Source: Amoebidium appalachense (taxonomy: Eukaryota > Protista > Ichthyosporea). Taken from it: a stretch of 64,000 bases of DNA. Below, one piece after another: positions 14,680-40,587 of the stretch. Each line of letters begins with the position of its first letter. The stretch's first letter is position 1. The DNA is taken from the NCBI GenBank assembly GCA_963693365.1, contig CAVNZM010000006.1, positions 1,178,001 to 1,242,000 on the forward strand. The letters are read 5' to 3'. Position numbers and translations under genes: made by a program. The notes below the pieces were generated by a model. It saw only the letters and a list, made by a program, of their open reading frames with translations. It ran no database searches and was not told where the DNA came from.

Positions 14680-16112
14680 TTACCATGGCCTCCACACATC
14701 ATCCCCTGCTTGTGCACTAACCGACAACTCCATCCCCATTGGGGTATCATATTTCTGCAGCCCCCGTGGGCTCGACGTGCCGTGGTATGGGTTGTAGTGG
14801 AAAGGGCCTTCGCCGAGAGGGGAAGGAGCGTTGGCCTTTGAGGGCCGTTCAGTAGCTGCAGCAGCAAAAAACTCCACTTGCATCGCAGTTGGAGAATCGT
14901 TGCTGTTTGCACTTTGCAGAACCCCAGGCCATGTAAGAAGACGGGGAATTTCCCCTGGGCGCATAGGCGCCACTGCAGGGCTGCCGTGTGGTGTGTCTCG
15001 GGGTGTCTGGGCAAATGACGAGCAGTTGCCTGCCAATTGAAAGTCAAACACGCTGGCGTTGTAAGGTGCCAGGCTGTTGGGAAAACGGGGGTAGTCTTCG
15101 CTTTGTTGAAGCACAACATCCTGGCCCAAGCCATCCATCTGTGCCTGATACTCGCACGCCTTGGCGAGAAACGACAACGGGTCTGGGTCTGTGTTTGGGG
15201 ATGTAGCATGGATTCTCGGTGTTTGAGCCCGGTTGCTAAAACCATGCACGTTGGGGGATTGGAGCATGGGGCTCGAGACAGCCGACGACGGATATGAAGC
15301 AAACGGGTCGTTTGGTGTTACCGGAAGGTCGTAGGGACGTGAACGCACGGCACGAACAGAGCCCAAAGAACTAGCTCTCTCGTGCTTGAATTTCCGCCCT
15401 GCATGGCCAGCAGGAACATCGAGTAATGGCTGGGAAGCCGGCATCGAAGGTGGTGTGTCTGGAGGCGTGATTATGTTTGGCCCGTCATAGCGGCGGATGT
15501 AAGGCTCCACGTAGTGCTTGTGTGAGGTCACCCGGTAATCTTCCTGGGCGTCAGCATTCTGCCATTTGCGGACGTGTTGTAGCCAGACATGGCGCTGAAT
15601 AGGGAAAGAATAATTAGGTTAGCCACTGCACAAGAGAGACTAGCTGAAGACCAGAAGGAACACAGCTTTAATCGAGCATGCATACGTGCAGCACCAAGAG
15701 TGGTGCAAAATGCACGATTCCATCTAAAAACTTCAAAGTTTCCACAGATAAAGCGTTCATTATGTAACAATTTTATTATGCAACATCATACACAAAAAAT
15801 ACAGGTGCTTCAGAATTGATTCAAACCTTCTTTATCTGTCAAACAAAACCATACATGTAGCAAGGTAAGGATTAAAGCAGCCAAATAGTGCATTATTTAT
15901 GATGGATCATCAACACCCCCCCCCCCCCAAAAAAAAATAAATAAAATAAAAATAAAAATAAAAAATATAAAAAATAAAAAAATAGCAAAACACACACGAG
16001 AATCCCATACAGACACAGTATTACACACCTCGATGTTATTTCTCTTTGACGGATTTGCAGTGCAGCCTGGCACGGTGCAGACCCACTTTGTCCTTCCCAT
16101 CGTAGTAGACAT
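14680..16112 (-). CDS. C2H2 zinc-finger protein, probable transcription factor (exons 16112-16029 and 15594-14680, ~332 aa)
   Basis: Splicing GAG|GTGTGT (16028) to TTCAG|CGC (15594) gives WVCTVPGCTANPSKRNNIERHVWLQH, i.e. C-x4-C-x12-H-x4-H. A P/S/T-rich low-complexity region follows. An extra upstream coding exon is possible (CAG acceptor 13 nt before the ATG). Confidence 0.82.
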
Positions 16113-16503
16113 AAAAGCTTTCGAACTGAATACTAGTGTTTGTATGGCTGATTTTCCTACGACACCAAGTTTGCCCTAGCAAGAAAATTGCACCACCTAT
16201 ACCGGATTACAAGTCTCGTGTATGAAGAAAAAAGGTGAATTTATATCTAAAGCTTGGATTTGCGGGCGCTTTGGTTGAACAGACTAAGTTGAACCGGCAG
16301 TATTATACGAGTATGGTCTCAACCGAAACATTGAGTTGCGTTCAGGAAAGAGGAACAAAAGAACAAAATTAACCGTACCCGAAACCGAGGGAAAAATGGC
16401 TGAAATGTAACTCGGTGTAGTCAGGCAAAGATTACGGGCCAGATTTGACCACCTGGACGTTCTGCACCGCAATTTTTGAACCAAGTGACACGATGTGCTC
16501 CTC

Positions 16504-16721
16504 TTTATAGTCTGCAGGATGGCCGATCACGCGGCCTACAGGCGAGGCACTCCAGGCACGTTGGTGTGATGCTAAGCCAATCACATTGCGCATGAAATGA
16601 TGCGCTAATGGAAGCGAGCCAATACAGGTCTGATGGCCAATCCATGAGCATAATCGTGTGTGTCGAAATGCCTCTTGAGCGTTAGAAATCGCGTCCCGAG
16701 TGGAAAGCCGCCGTTGATTGG
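16504..16721 (-). promoter_or_regulatory. Putative promoter of the zinc-finger gene: TATA box plus four CCAAT boxes
   Basis: TATAAA on the minus strand at 16509-16504. CCAAT at 16577, 16619 and 16637, and ATTGG at 16717. Confidence 0.5.
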
Positions 16722-17034
16722 AAGCCGGCTTTCGAACAAGCCCTTCCTCCTAAACTTACCACTATGGTGGGGTCACTTAAGAAAGAGCATAAAAGTAAAA
16801 CCATAGAGTCTTTTCAAAAGAAAATATACTGATAAATAAATGACCAAAAAACTGAGATTAATATGTTAAAGGGATAAGTTAAAAAAGCTTAAAGATAATG
16901 CTTTTGCTGTCATTAAAGGCCATAAGCTGTAATTGGTCTGTAAGCTAAGATGAATGTAATTTTTTTCTTTATGTAATACCTGAGCTTCTTTCTACATCTG
17001 AGCTTCTTCTTCTTCTTCTTCTTCTTCTTCTTCT

Positions 17035-17080
<46 letters not shown>

Positions 17081-17459
17081 TTCTTGCAGCTGTCTCCTTT
17101 CTTTGCAACTTTATTTCTGAACCTATCCTTCCCGAGGTGACTCCCTGAGTCAGTTGTGCTGTACATAGAGTACTATGCGTTACGATGTTATCTAAAGCTC
17201 CGTGTATTTTTTTTTTGGCCGATATCTTTCTTTTCATAAGCGGTTTTTTCTTTATCCCGGGATATCTGTGATATCTCGCCTTTTCACCTTCTATGAGCAC
17301 ATCAATAAAGTCATTATTAAAAAAAAATAATAATAATTTCATTGACTTCGATGCACCTGCATGTGTGTGTGAGAAATTAGCATAACGTACACGACTTCTT
17401 CCAGTGATGTCACATCTCAGCACTTGAAAAGACGATTTACTGCTGTTGATACTGTATTC

Positions 17460-17829
17460 AAGTTTCTTTCTCGTTCTGATAAAGAAATCAAAGGTAAAAC
17501 TCAGTCGGCATGTGTTATGTTCCTTAGGCACACCGTACTGATCATTGTCGCTTTTTGGGAGCTTTGGCCGGATACATTTCTCCTGCTGTACGTATGGATT
17601 CCACCCTCGGGTGTCTGCTACACTAGCGTGAACACTTTAGACTTTTTGTTGAATTCTGTTGGTCGTCACATTGAGTATTTATATGATCATCAATGATTTT
17701 CACACAGTGTTCAGGTCTCTCAGTATGCACTTGTTACTGGATAACTCGTGAAGTTTTTATTGTCTTCTCAGTATGCCGTGCATACTTGCATATCTTTCCG
17801 TCGAATAAATCCAGTCAAAAGAAAAAAAA
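17460..17829 (+). mobile_element. 3' fragment of LINE family B with an internal deletion
   Basis: Near-identical to 45927-46471 but lacking ~175 bp between CCCT microhomologies. Ends with AATAAATCCAGTCAAAAGAAAAAAAA. Confidence 0.9.
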
Positions 17830-17987
17830 CTTTCAAGCTGTGACAAAGCTATGGATTTGACAACTTGGTAATTTTTATAATGACTTTATTGATATGCTCA
17901 GCAAAATAGAAGCCATCGAGATATCACCGATATCTCGGAGAAGGAAATACAAAAGCCCTCATTCTCGGATACGGAGGAGATAACGAT

Positions 17988-18200
17988 TTAAATAATCATA
18001 CACCCTAGAAAACTCCTTAAAATACCGTGGTTCAACAGATAGTCAATAGACGTAATAGCAGGATTATCTAAATAAGCCAGTCTTCTAATTTCTAACGGAA
18101 TAATCTGAGATGAATAAATACATCTATCTAAGTGTTTACGAGAAAAATGTTCTGCACAAAAGTGGCACAAACATTATTATAGTTCAAAGAGTCAAACCAT
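17988..18200 (-). pseudogene. C-terminal fragment of a diverged sister LINE
   Basis: CHFCAEHFSRKHLDRC...SIDYLLN aligns with CHFCAELFNRKHVDRC...TLDFLLN of family B. Confidence 0.8.
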
Positions 18201-19099
18201 AAGGCATTTTGTCGCTAGCACCACGATTCCCGAATTCCCACCCAGGTCATGCTGCAGCTGCTGAACCCGGCCAATGGTTCAATTTCGGACTTTCGGAGCG
18301 GACAAAATCTTCAGCTCAATATATTCCTACTTTTTTCATAGTTTTATAAAAAACATATAGGGGAAAGTCCTGATGATACGATATTTATTTTATAGTGTAT
18401 TGATGACCCAAAAGTGTTCCAATTGCTGTGACTTTGCAAAAGCGTCAGAGCCGGTACTGTACATGTGGTCGGATGTCGCCTTTTGGCGCCAGTTGATTGG
18501 TGCTCGCCGAAAGCTTGGAAGATGACTGGCTCAGAGCCTGGCTGCGTGGAATGCACAGAACGTTCTCCCACGAACTTCACAGCCAAGTACTGCCATCTTG
18601 ATCTGGCGGTATAACGCATGCCTGATTTACAAGTCAAGCAATTGGCTTTTTCTTGATGACACACTCGATGATGTCAGACAAAAGTACGTGAGCGGAGTTG
18701 CGTCACTATGCATGTAGCTGTTTACATGCGATCTTTGGTATATCATTGTGGCTGTGTGAGGTGTACATGCACATGGTCTACTTGAGCCCATGTGGAGAAT
18801 ATCTTGAGTTTGTTCAACACTAATAAATGGCATCGGTGTGCAGCTGCTGCAGCACTTCACCTGCAATTGACCAAGTTCTGCGCAGGTACGTATACGTGCT
18901 GCAGAGTCTGCCGCTGCAGCGGTACTGTCATGATGGGCCCATTTGACGACTCCGACAAAAGCCGCGGCCCGCAAGCCACAACTGGGCCGACCAAAGGGGG
19001 TTTCTCTTTAGGCCGATTAATTTTTTTTCTTTTGACTGGATTTATTCGACGGAAAGATATGCATGTATGCACGGCATACTGAGAAGACAATAAAAACTT

Positions 19100-19563
19100 T
19101 TTCTTTCTTTTGACTCGGGTTTATTGATCCGTTGATGAAGGCAACGTGCAGCCACAGGCTACATAACCACCAATAGAACTGAAAAAGCCAAAGCTACGAA
19201 ATAAAAATAAAGCGACAAGTGACAAAGGAGACCAGCGGGCAAAACCTTTAGTGTACGCCAGGTAAGTTATGCGTGAAACTAGTTTGCTCCAACTAGTCAT
19301 ACAAGTAGGTCTGTGCGCCGGCTGTCGCGCCGGCACCAAAACATAACGAGACAGTTATTGATGTTGGGTTGTACATGTGTGGTTGTTACCTCCCTCCCCT
19401 TTCCCCCCCTTCCCCCCCCCCCCCCCCCCCCCTCCCTGGCCCCCCCGTCTCACGTTCCCCCCCCCCCCCCCCCCTGGCCCCCCCGTCTCACGCTTCCCCC
19501 CCCCCCCCCCCCAATCCTGCAGTTGCCGGATCTGCCAAATGTTATGACCCTTTTCCCTTTCAT

Positions 19564-19601
<38 letters not shown>

Positions 19602-19856
19602 TTGCCCCCCTCCCACGGGGGACCCTGGGCACTGGCGGCGGTAGCACACTATGTATTCCCCCGGCCCCCACCCGCCCAGCTTGAATCACCCTAGCTCTAG
19701 TGTAAAAAAATAATCATTATCAGCCACAAACCCTTAGCTAGTACACTCGCCCTATAATGTCATATTCACACTTACTGAGTTGATTTAGTTGTGTTTCTTA
19801 CTCTTTTTTTCTTCAAAAACTGTCTGCCTATAGCTATTAAAACATTAAAGTGTACA

Positions 19857-19887
<31 letters not shown>

Positions 19888-20684
19888 GCCACAGGCCGGT
19901 GTGTGTGTACGGTGTGTGTGCGTGTGTGTGTGTGTGTGTGTGGATATAGAATTTACCGTCCTCATCCCCGTGTCCCCCTAAACCGGTGTTAGCAGACCTT
20001 TGAGGTTTTTGTGATTGGATTTGTAGTTCTATTACATTAAAAGTTTCAAAATGTCGTTGTACCAATGATATAGTACTTTGTAAAACAAATGTCGCCGAAT
20101 TTCTCTAAAAAAAGTGCGTTCCATTCTGGGCTAGAAACAAAAACCGTTTTGATACGGGAATCACCTGATCTCTGCCGTCATTCAGCCCAGCGTGTTCACA
20201 GTAGACTCCGAAACCGCTGGTTTTTTTCTTTATATTTCAAAGCCCCGAGTACGTACATCCTCTCGGGCCCAACTTTAGGGCACTATATTTCAATTTTCTC
20301 ATTATCAAATATATAGTTATTTTAGGCTTTTTCATTAGTATCTCAAGAATATTTAGCGATTTTGAAGTCATAAAAACAACTAAGCAACGTTTCGATGGTT
20401 TTTGATGCCTCACAAAATGGCCTTAGGTCCCCTCCAAATTCCGGATTTGAGGTCCGGCAAACAACGCATTATATATATAGATAATATAGATAATGCATCG
20501 ATGTTGACCAGACCACACTCCGCAAGATACACTCATTACTGCTCCTTCCCAACATGTACAGGCCCCCCTCAAAACCTATCGAGGCACAGCAAGCAAGTCA
20601 GCCTCTAAAAGAGCAATGCAGACCAAATCTGAGCTAAAAAACAATCCCAACGGGCCCGGCCCTTAACCTGGAGAAACTGCATCT
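19100..20684 (-). mobile_element. Nested retroposed insertion with 11-bp TSD
   Basis: AATAAAAACTT at 19089-19099 and 20685-20695. The empty site is seen in the paralogue at 17739-17770. The insert's 3' end (minus strand) is AATAAACCCGAGTCAAAAGAAAGAAA. Confidence 0.85.
19300..19662. repeat. Dispersed ~360-bp C-run-rich repeat, copy 1
   Basis: TACAAGTAGGTCTGTGCGCCGGCTGTCGC...CCAATCCTGCAGTTGCCGGATCTGCCAAATG...GGCGGCGGTAGCACACT matches 43740-44090. Confidence 0.9.
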
Positions 20685-22591
20685 AATAAAAACTTCACGA
20701 GTTATCCAGTAACAAGTGCATACTGAGATCCCTGAACACGGTGTGAAAATCATATACCGTACTCAATGTGACGACCAACAGAATTCAACAAAAAGTCTAA
20801 AGTGGTCACATTGGCAGCCAGTGTAGCAGTCTCAGACACGCGTAGGGAAAGAGGTAAAACGCGACATAAAAACTCACACCTATCAACATGCTTGCGATTA
20901 AAAAGTTCAGCACAAAAGTGGCACCAGCGGCGATGGAAACAAAAATTACAACGCCACTGCACAACTTCCCAGGCAATATCAACATCAGAGCACCATACAG
21001 GCTTATCTACTAGGGTGGTATCCATACGTACAGCAGGAGAAATATATCCTGCCAAAGCTCCCAAAAAGCGGTAATGATCAGTACGGTGTTGCCTAAGGAA
21101 CATAACACATACCGACTGAGTTTTACCTTTGATTTCTCTATCAGGACGAGAAAGAAACTTATACTGCGTATGGTAATTACGCAAAAAGGCAGAAAAAACA
21201 GGAAGAGAAAAGAAAGAGGGAGTGAGATAGCGAGAGGAAGAATCAGGTTGAAAGAGGGTAGGCTGAGGACATTCAGAAGTAGCGTTGGTGAATCGGGGGG
21301 GAAGAGGGATGGAGGGAAGGGGGGGAAAGAAAGCATAATTAGAGGGTGACCATCAGGTATCCTAACTAAATGAAAACAAAAACGAAGAGACAATTCCTCC
21401 ATACGACAAACAGCAGACGACAATCCAAACATACTGATTAAGGGAGGCACAAACCGAGTACGAAACAAAGTGCGCAGCGCAGTACCCTGAAAATCGTCGA
21501 ACTCTTTCAGCGCCACTGCCGCCTCGCGAGGTGGGGCGCAGGCAAATAGCGGAAGTCCATATTCAAGAAAGTCGGCCGTAAGAAAGTTTTATAGCAGAGA
21601 AGAAGGTTCGCAGGATGGATCACAGACTCCCGTTGAAACATATTTGACTCGATGTGAAGCTTACTACCCTTCACACGAGCGATCCGTGCCGTGCACGGAG
21701 CGTTGCGGAAATCAATACCCCGTGCAGTAAAAGGAATACCCAAATCGTCATAGGTGCTCTGAACAGGAATAGGAAGACCGGCCAATCGAAAGGAAGCGTT
21801 TTTCGAAAAAGTAGCACACTTTGCAATTCCGACTGTCATGAGATTCTCGGTGCACCATTGATCCACCTGACGAAGCATCTGGTGCATGACATCTTCGGTT
21901 AAGGGGAAGGAACAAAGAACAATATCGTCCGCGAAAAGGAGACCGGTACCCGGTACACGGCGGGTATGCAGTTGGCCAAAGGGCTCGAGGGCGCAGGCTA
22001 AATCGTCAATGAAAACGTCAAACAACAACGGACTCAGGAGGGACCCCTGCAGAAGACCCCGAGAACGGGAAAAACCGGGTGTTAATGTTCCATTGACCGC
22101 CGCTCGTCCGCGAGTGGTATCGAACAGCGCTTGCTTGAAGACGGCCAAAGTGGTTATAAGCCCGAATAATGGTCCCCATTCCAGCACATCTGGGTCAAGC
22201 CGTTTTTCAGCATATAAATGATGATATGAACTGCAATCTTCTTTCTGACGCTTTATTACCATTATTCCGTATTTATTTCTTATTTTTCTCTTTTCTTTTT
22301 CATTTTTGTTGTTTTATGGCGCATCCTACCTTGCTGCCGGCCAAACGATGGATGATGCGCGGCCGATGTGCAGCACGCCAATCATATATCTAGAAGGGGT
22401 TTACGCTGTTTACTCGAGGCAAAGAGAACCAGTCTCAGGTAGGGGGGGGGGGGGGTTTGCTCGGAATATCCCCTCAGCGGTATATCATGATCACGTACAT
22501 AGATGTCGGGTGGTGACTATATATCAGGGTTTACTTTCTCTACGAGACACCATAAAGACTACAAGGAGAAATCAATTAGTTGGGGTTCCCC

Positions 22592-22592
<1 letters not shown>

Positions 22593-22630
<38 letters not shown>

Positions 22631-25273
22631 GGGCTCCCCTCGGGACACTCGGTATCAGCTGGTTGTGTGTGTGTGTGTGTGTGTGTGTTTGTGTGTGTGT
22701 GTGCGCGTGCGCTATAATTTTGTAGTGATGTGTTTCTCAAGCCAATCAATACATCTAATAAACAGGTCGTAGTTACGCGTGTTTAGTATAAAATCAAGGA
22801 TGTTGTAATTTACAGGTAGGCTATCTTTCTGGGTGTCTGTTGTGAATGTGACGTGTGTGTGTTGCGGTATTATGTGGTCTATCAAACTACATTTGGCGAT
22901 ACATGACCGGTTAAACTGGTGTGTGTGTGTGTTGTTTGGGCATGCAAATGATGCCACCTTATACTTATTAGATCTCCACTGTATAGCACGTGTACAGTAA
23001 AAGCGTGGTAATTGATCAATAATACCATCAGCTAGAGAAAGACCAGTTCTACAGGAAGGTAATATGTATTTAGGTGTTATACACTTGCGAGTGCCATATT
23101 TGGCAATATGGTTGAGGCGGTCAGTATATATAAAACGAGACATAAGGCTTAGTTTTTCAAGGTGTATGCTTTCATCGGGTCTAGTGTCGTGTGGTATCTT
23201 TTTCCATTTGTTATATTGCGTGATTATCTTGTGATTGTGTACATGTTTAATAAGTAAGTGGCAGTCCAAAGTCACACACACACTATTGCGGGGTTTATTT
23301 GTATTTGTGCCCAGGGGAGAAGGGGAGAGAGAGGGGAGGAAAGAGGGGAGAGGTGAGGAGGGGACAGGTCGGATAGAGAAGAGAGGGTGGGAGGGCAAAT
23401 ACTTCTTTAAGCGGCTTATGTGCTTATTGAATTTCAGCGCGAGATAGGATACTCTAGCAGCTATTGGGACCAGACCATATATCGAGAGCGTTACAGGCCC
23501 AGGTTTACAACAGTTGTTAGATAGAAAGGAGGCAACTTCTGCTTCAAGGAAATTTGCCAAGGGTTTAAGCGCTCTAGTTCTCTCTTTCTTGATCCAAGCG
23601 GCGAGAAGGGGTAAACCATATTCACATGCCGGGAAGACAAAAGTGCGAATAAATGTAAGTCTAATAGAAGGATGGAGGGGTGTGTCTTTAAAAATATTAG
23701 CCGAGAAGAAAGCTAACCGCTTACGAGCCAACTCTACCCTCTTTTCGACCATATGGGGAAACATAACACCAACAGAATCAACCGGAACACCAAGATATTT
23801 GTATTCTGGAACTATAGGTACAGGTTTAGATGATAATGTAAATGTGTGTAAATTGTTAGCTATATCAGGTACAAGAACACCACATTTGTCTATGTTAAGG
23901 ATCATAAGGTTTGCCTTGCACCACTCTGACACTACATCGAACAATCTTTGCAGGCGTCTAGGGGTACGGGCAAGGAGGGACAGATCATCAGCATAGAGAA
24001 GTGCAGGCGGAAAGTTATTAATAGGGTCATCGTTTTCGGCGTAAATCTTGACAGCCAAATCATCTATAAATAGGTTAAACAAAAAGGGGCTAAGCAATGA
24101 ACCCTGCAAGAGACCTCTAGTACGAGCAAAACCATATGAAAGATGCCCATTAACCACAGCTCTACCATAGGTTTGAGACAAGAGTGCTTCTAACAGAACA
24201 CCAATGCAGTGTGGTACACCCCGTGCAGCAAGCTTTTCCCATAGGAGACCAGGGGAGACAGAATCGTAAGCAGTTTTCCAATCAATAAAGCCAACATATT
24301 GTGCACCAACTTGCATAGAATCGTGCAGTGCCATTATTTGAACATAACATGAATTGTTTTTACGAAAAGCGGATTGGCATGGGTGTATGTGAAGAATAGA
24401 TTGAAACCTAGAGTGATGTGCAAATAACCTAAGTAAGCAAGCTTCAAAGAATCTACGAACAACCTGGGTTAGTGTAATGGGGCGAAAGGATGATATGGGG
24501 CCCTCAGAGTCCTTCTTAACTATGGGGATCACTAAGGTATCTAACCAAGATGACGGGACATGTCCACATTTAACACACCAAGAAAAGAGAGAGCTTAACA
24601 TGATAGTAAGATCAGGTTTAATAGCACGATCACTTTCCTTTTGTGGGTAGGAGGGAACAAGGATTTTAAGAAACCCAGCAGGGAGTCCATCAGGTCCACA
24701 AGACTTACTAGAGCTATAACTAGATATCACAGACCATATGGCTTCGGGACTGAAAAAGGGGAGGATCGATTCTATGGGGATAGATGGGTCTACAGGCCAC
24801 ACAATAGGTTTCTGAGCGGGGGTCCTATCTTTAAACAGTTCCCAGAAATACTTATCAGAGTCTATGAGGGGGTCTCCAGTGGTATCACCAATAATACGAG
24901 CAGGGGGGCCAAATCGATTCATACTAGCAAGCCGGCGCAAGCTTTCCTTTTGAGACAGGGGTTCACCTAGTCTAGCGGGAGTGGTGTTTGGTAACAAGAG
25001 AGCATCGGGGTATTCCTTCCTACCACCGCCAGCATAATCACCGAGATCTATCAAATCATCAACAATAAAGTTAGTGCATGTATCTAGTACGAGATGTGAA
25101 TCTGGCCTGGCTTGTGCAGATTCTAATAGGCGCATATATATAGGGTGTTTCGTAGCATAGCATACACATACATCAACTCTACCCCACTGTGACTTAAGCT
25201 GGGATAGACGGAGGCGAAAGGTGGGAGGGGGAGGGGGGAGCAGATCAAGGGGCTGAGAGACTTCTTTCTTAGG
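22593..25273 (-). mobile_element. 5'-truncated LINE (family A) with uninterrupted RT ORF, short 3' UTR and poly(A) tail
   Basis: Poly(T) at 22593-22626 is the minus-strand poly(A) tail, ~85 nt after the stop. The frame stays open upstream of the first Met to ~25273. No endonuclease domain is present and no exact TSD was found. Confidence 0.88.
22712..25135 (-). CDS. Non-LTR reverse transcriptase, 807 aa
   Basis: Motifs KSCGPDGL, FRPITL, QSAFR, IDWKTAYDSV, GLLQGSLLSPFLFNLFIDDL, LYADD, NIDKC and YKYLG, plus a C-terminal Cys-rich domain ending in NILDFILN. No stops or frameshifts. Confidence 0.95.
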   Translation of the reverse strand: MRLLESAQARPDSHLVLDTCTNFIVDDLIDLGDYAGGGRKEYPDALLLPNTTPARLGEPLSQKESLRRLASMNRFGPPARIIGDTTGDPLIDSDKYFWELFKDRTPAQKPIVWPVDPSIPIESILPFFSPEAIWSVISSYSSSKSCGPDGLPAGFLKILVPSYPQKESDRAIKPDLTIMLSSLFSWCVKCGHVPSSWLDTLVIPIVKKDSEGPISSFRPITLTQVVRRFFEACLLRLFAHHSRFQSILHIHPCQSAFRKNNSCYVQIMALHDSMQVGAQYVGFIDWKTAYDSVSPGLLWEKLAARGVPHCIGVLLEALLSQTYGRAVVNGHLSYGFARTRGLLQGSLLSPFLFNLFIDDLAVKIYAENDDPINNFPPALLYADDLSLLARTPRRLQRLFDVVSEWCKANLMILNIDKCGVLVPDIANNLHTFTLSSKPVPIVPEYKYLGVPVDSVGVMFPHMVEKRVELARKRLAFFSANIFKDTPLHPSIRLTFIRTFVFPACEYGLPLLAAWIKKERTRALKPLANFLEAEVASFLSNNCCKPGPVTLSIYGLVPIAARVSYLALKFNKHISRLKKYLPSHPLFSIRPVPSSPLPSFLPSLSPSPLGTNTNKPRNSVCVTLDCHLLIKHVHNHKIITQYNKWKKIPHDTRPDESIHLEKLSLMSRFIYTDRLNHIAKYGTRKCITPKYILPSCRTGLSLADGIIDQLPRFYCTRAIQWRSNKYKVASFACPNNTHTHQFNRSCIAKCSLIDHIIPQHTHVTFTTDTQKDSLPVNYNILDFILNTRNYDLFIRCIDWLEKHITTKL

Positions 25274-25836
25274 CTATTCTCCGCCGAGCCAAAAAAAATC
25301 ACCCAGATGATCTATTTTTTTGCGTAAGCGGAAAAACGCCTATAATGCAGGTGATTGGCTAATTGCTATTTGGCGCCACAAGTGAAAATACAAATTCTCA
25401 AAAGCGCGACCCAGTCCATGGACGTGACCGTTACCGCAGGGTGTCACACAACTTGGCTGAATTCGAAGGCTAGGGAAACGCCAACTGCAAATTGTCGTGG
25501 CTTAGTTCGCTAGCGGTTAGAGGAGACACTGTCGAATAGCAGCGCTAGTGTTTTTTTGGAGCTTTAAAACGGCTTTAAAACGATAGCAAGTAGTTACAGG
25601 TTTGGTTTCCTACAGGTTTCTTGTTTGAATAAGCACATTGAAGTCTTTCAAAGTTCACGTGATAGAGCTTTTTGTGGGATGAAAAGGCTTTTTTAGCCAC
25701 ACACATGCTTTGGGTGTCCGAAGAAGCTTCTCAGTTACTCAGTTTTAAATCTATTGTGTTGTAACTTAATACCAGCCGAAATGTTTGTCGTGTTTGCTGT
25801 AGTCAGATGAGGGGCTCCTTCTTGCACATAACCAAC

Positions 25837-40261
<14,425 letters not shown>

Positions 40262-40451
40262 TGGGTGTGAGGGTGGAGTTACTCAGTGAGGGCGACGTGC
40301 CATAGTGTAAATGTGTATTTTAGCGGGTGAATTACGTCAATGCTTTTTCATAGACCATAAGTTGGAAGCTAACAAGAACTTAAAGTAGGTAAATTGCACC
40401 ACCTCGGGGCCAACGTGAGGGCAGTTTGGAATCCGGGGAAGATTGGTGATG

Positions 40452-40537
<86 letters not shown>

Positions 40538-40539
40538 GA

Positions 40540-40587
<48 letters not shown>

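Larger units (their letters stand above)
19020..22152 (-). mobile_element. Degenerate 5'-truncated LINE (family B), interrupted in its 3' UTR by a 1.6-kb insertion
   Basis: RT motifs GLLQGSLLSPLLFDVFIDDL and LFADD (21507-22150) with frameshifts, then a CxxC...H...C domain (20750-21000). The final ~80 bp with AATAAA and the A-rich tail lie at 19020-19099. Confidence 0.9.

Noticed and set aside
19008-22170. TSD for the family B copy (TTAGGCCGATTAA vs TAAGCCCGAATAA)
   Set aside because: Only 10 of 13 positions match, too weak to call.
22712-25135. Telomerase, Penelope, group II intron or retron-type RT
   Set aside because: The GPDG, RPI-x-L, QGS-x-LSP-x-LF, YADD and YLG motifs plus the poly(A) tail are those of LINE-type RTs.
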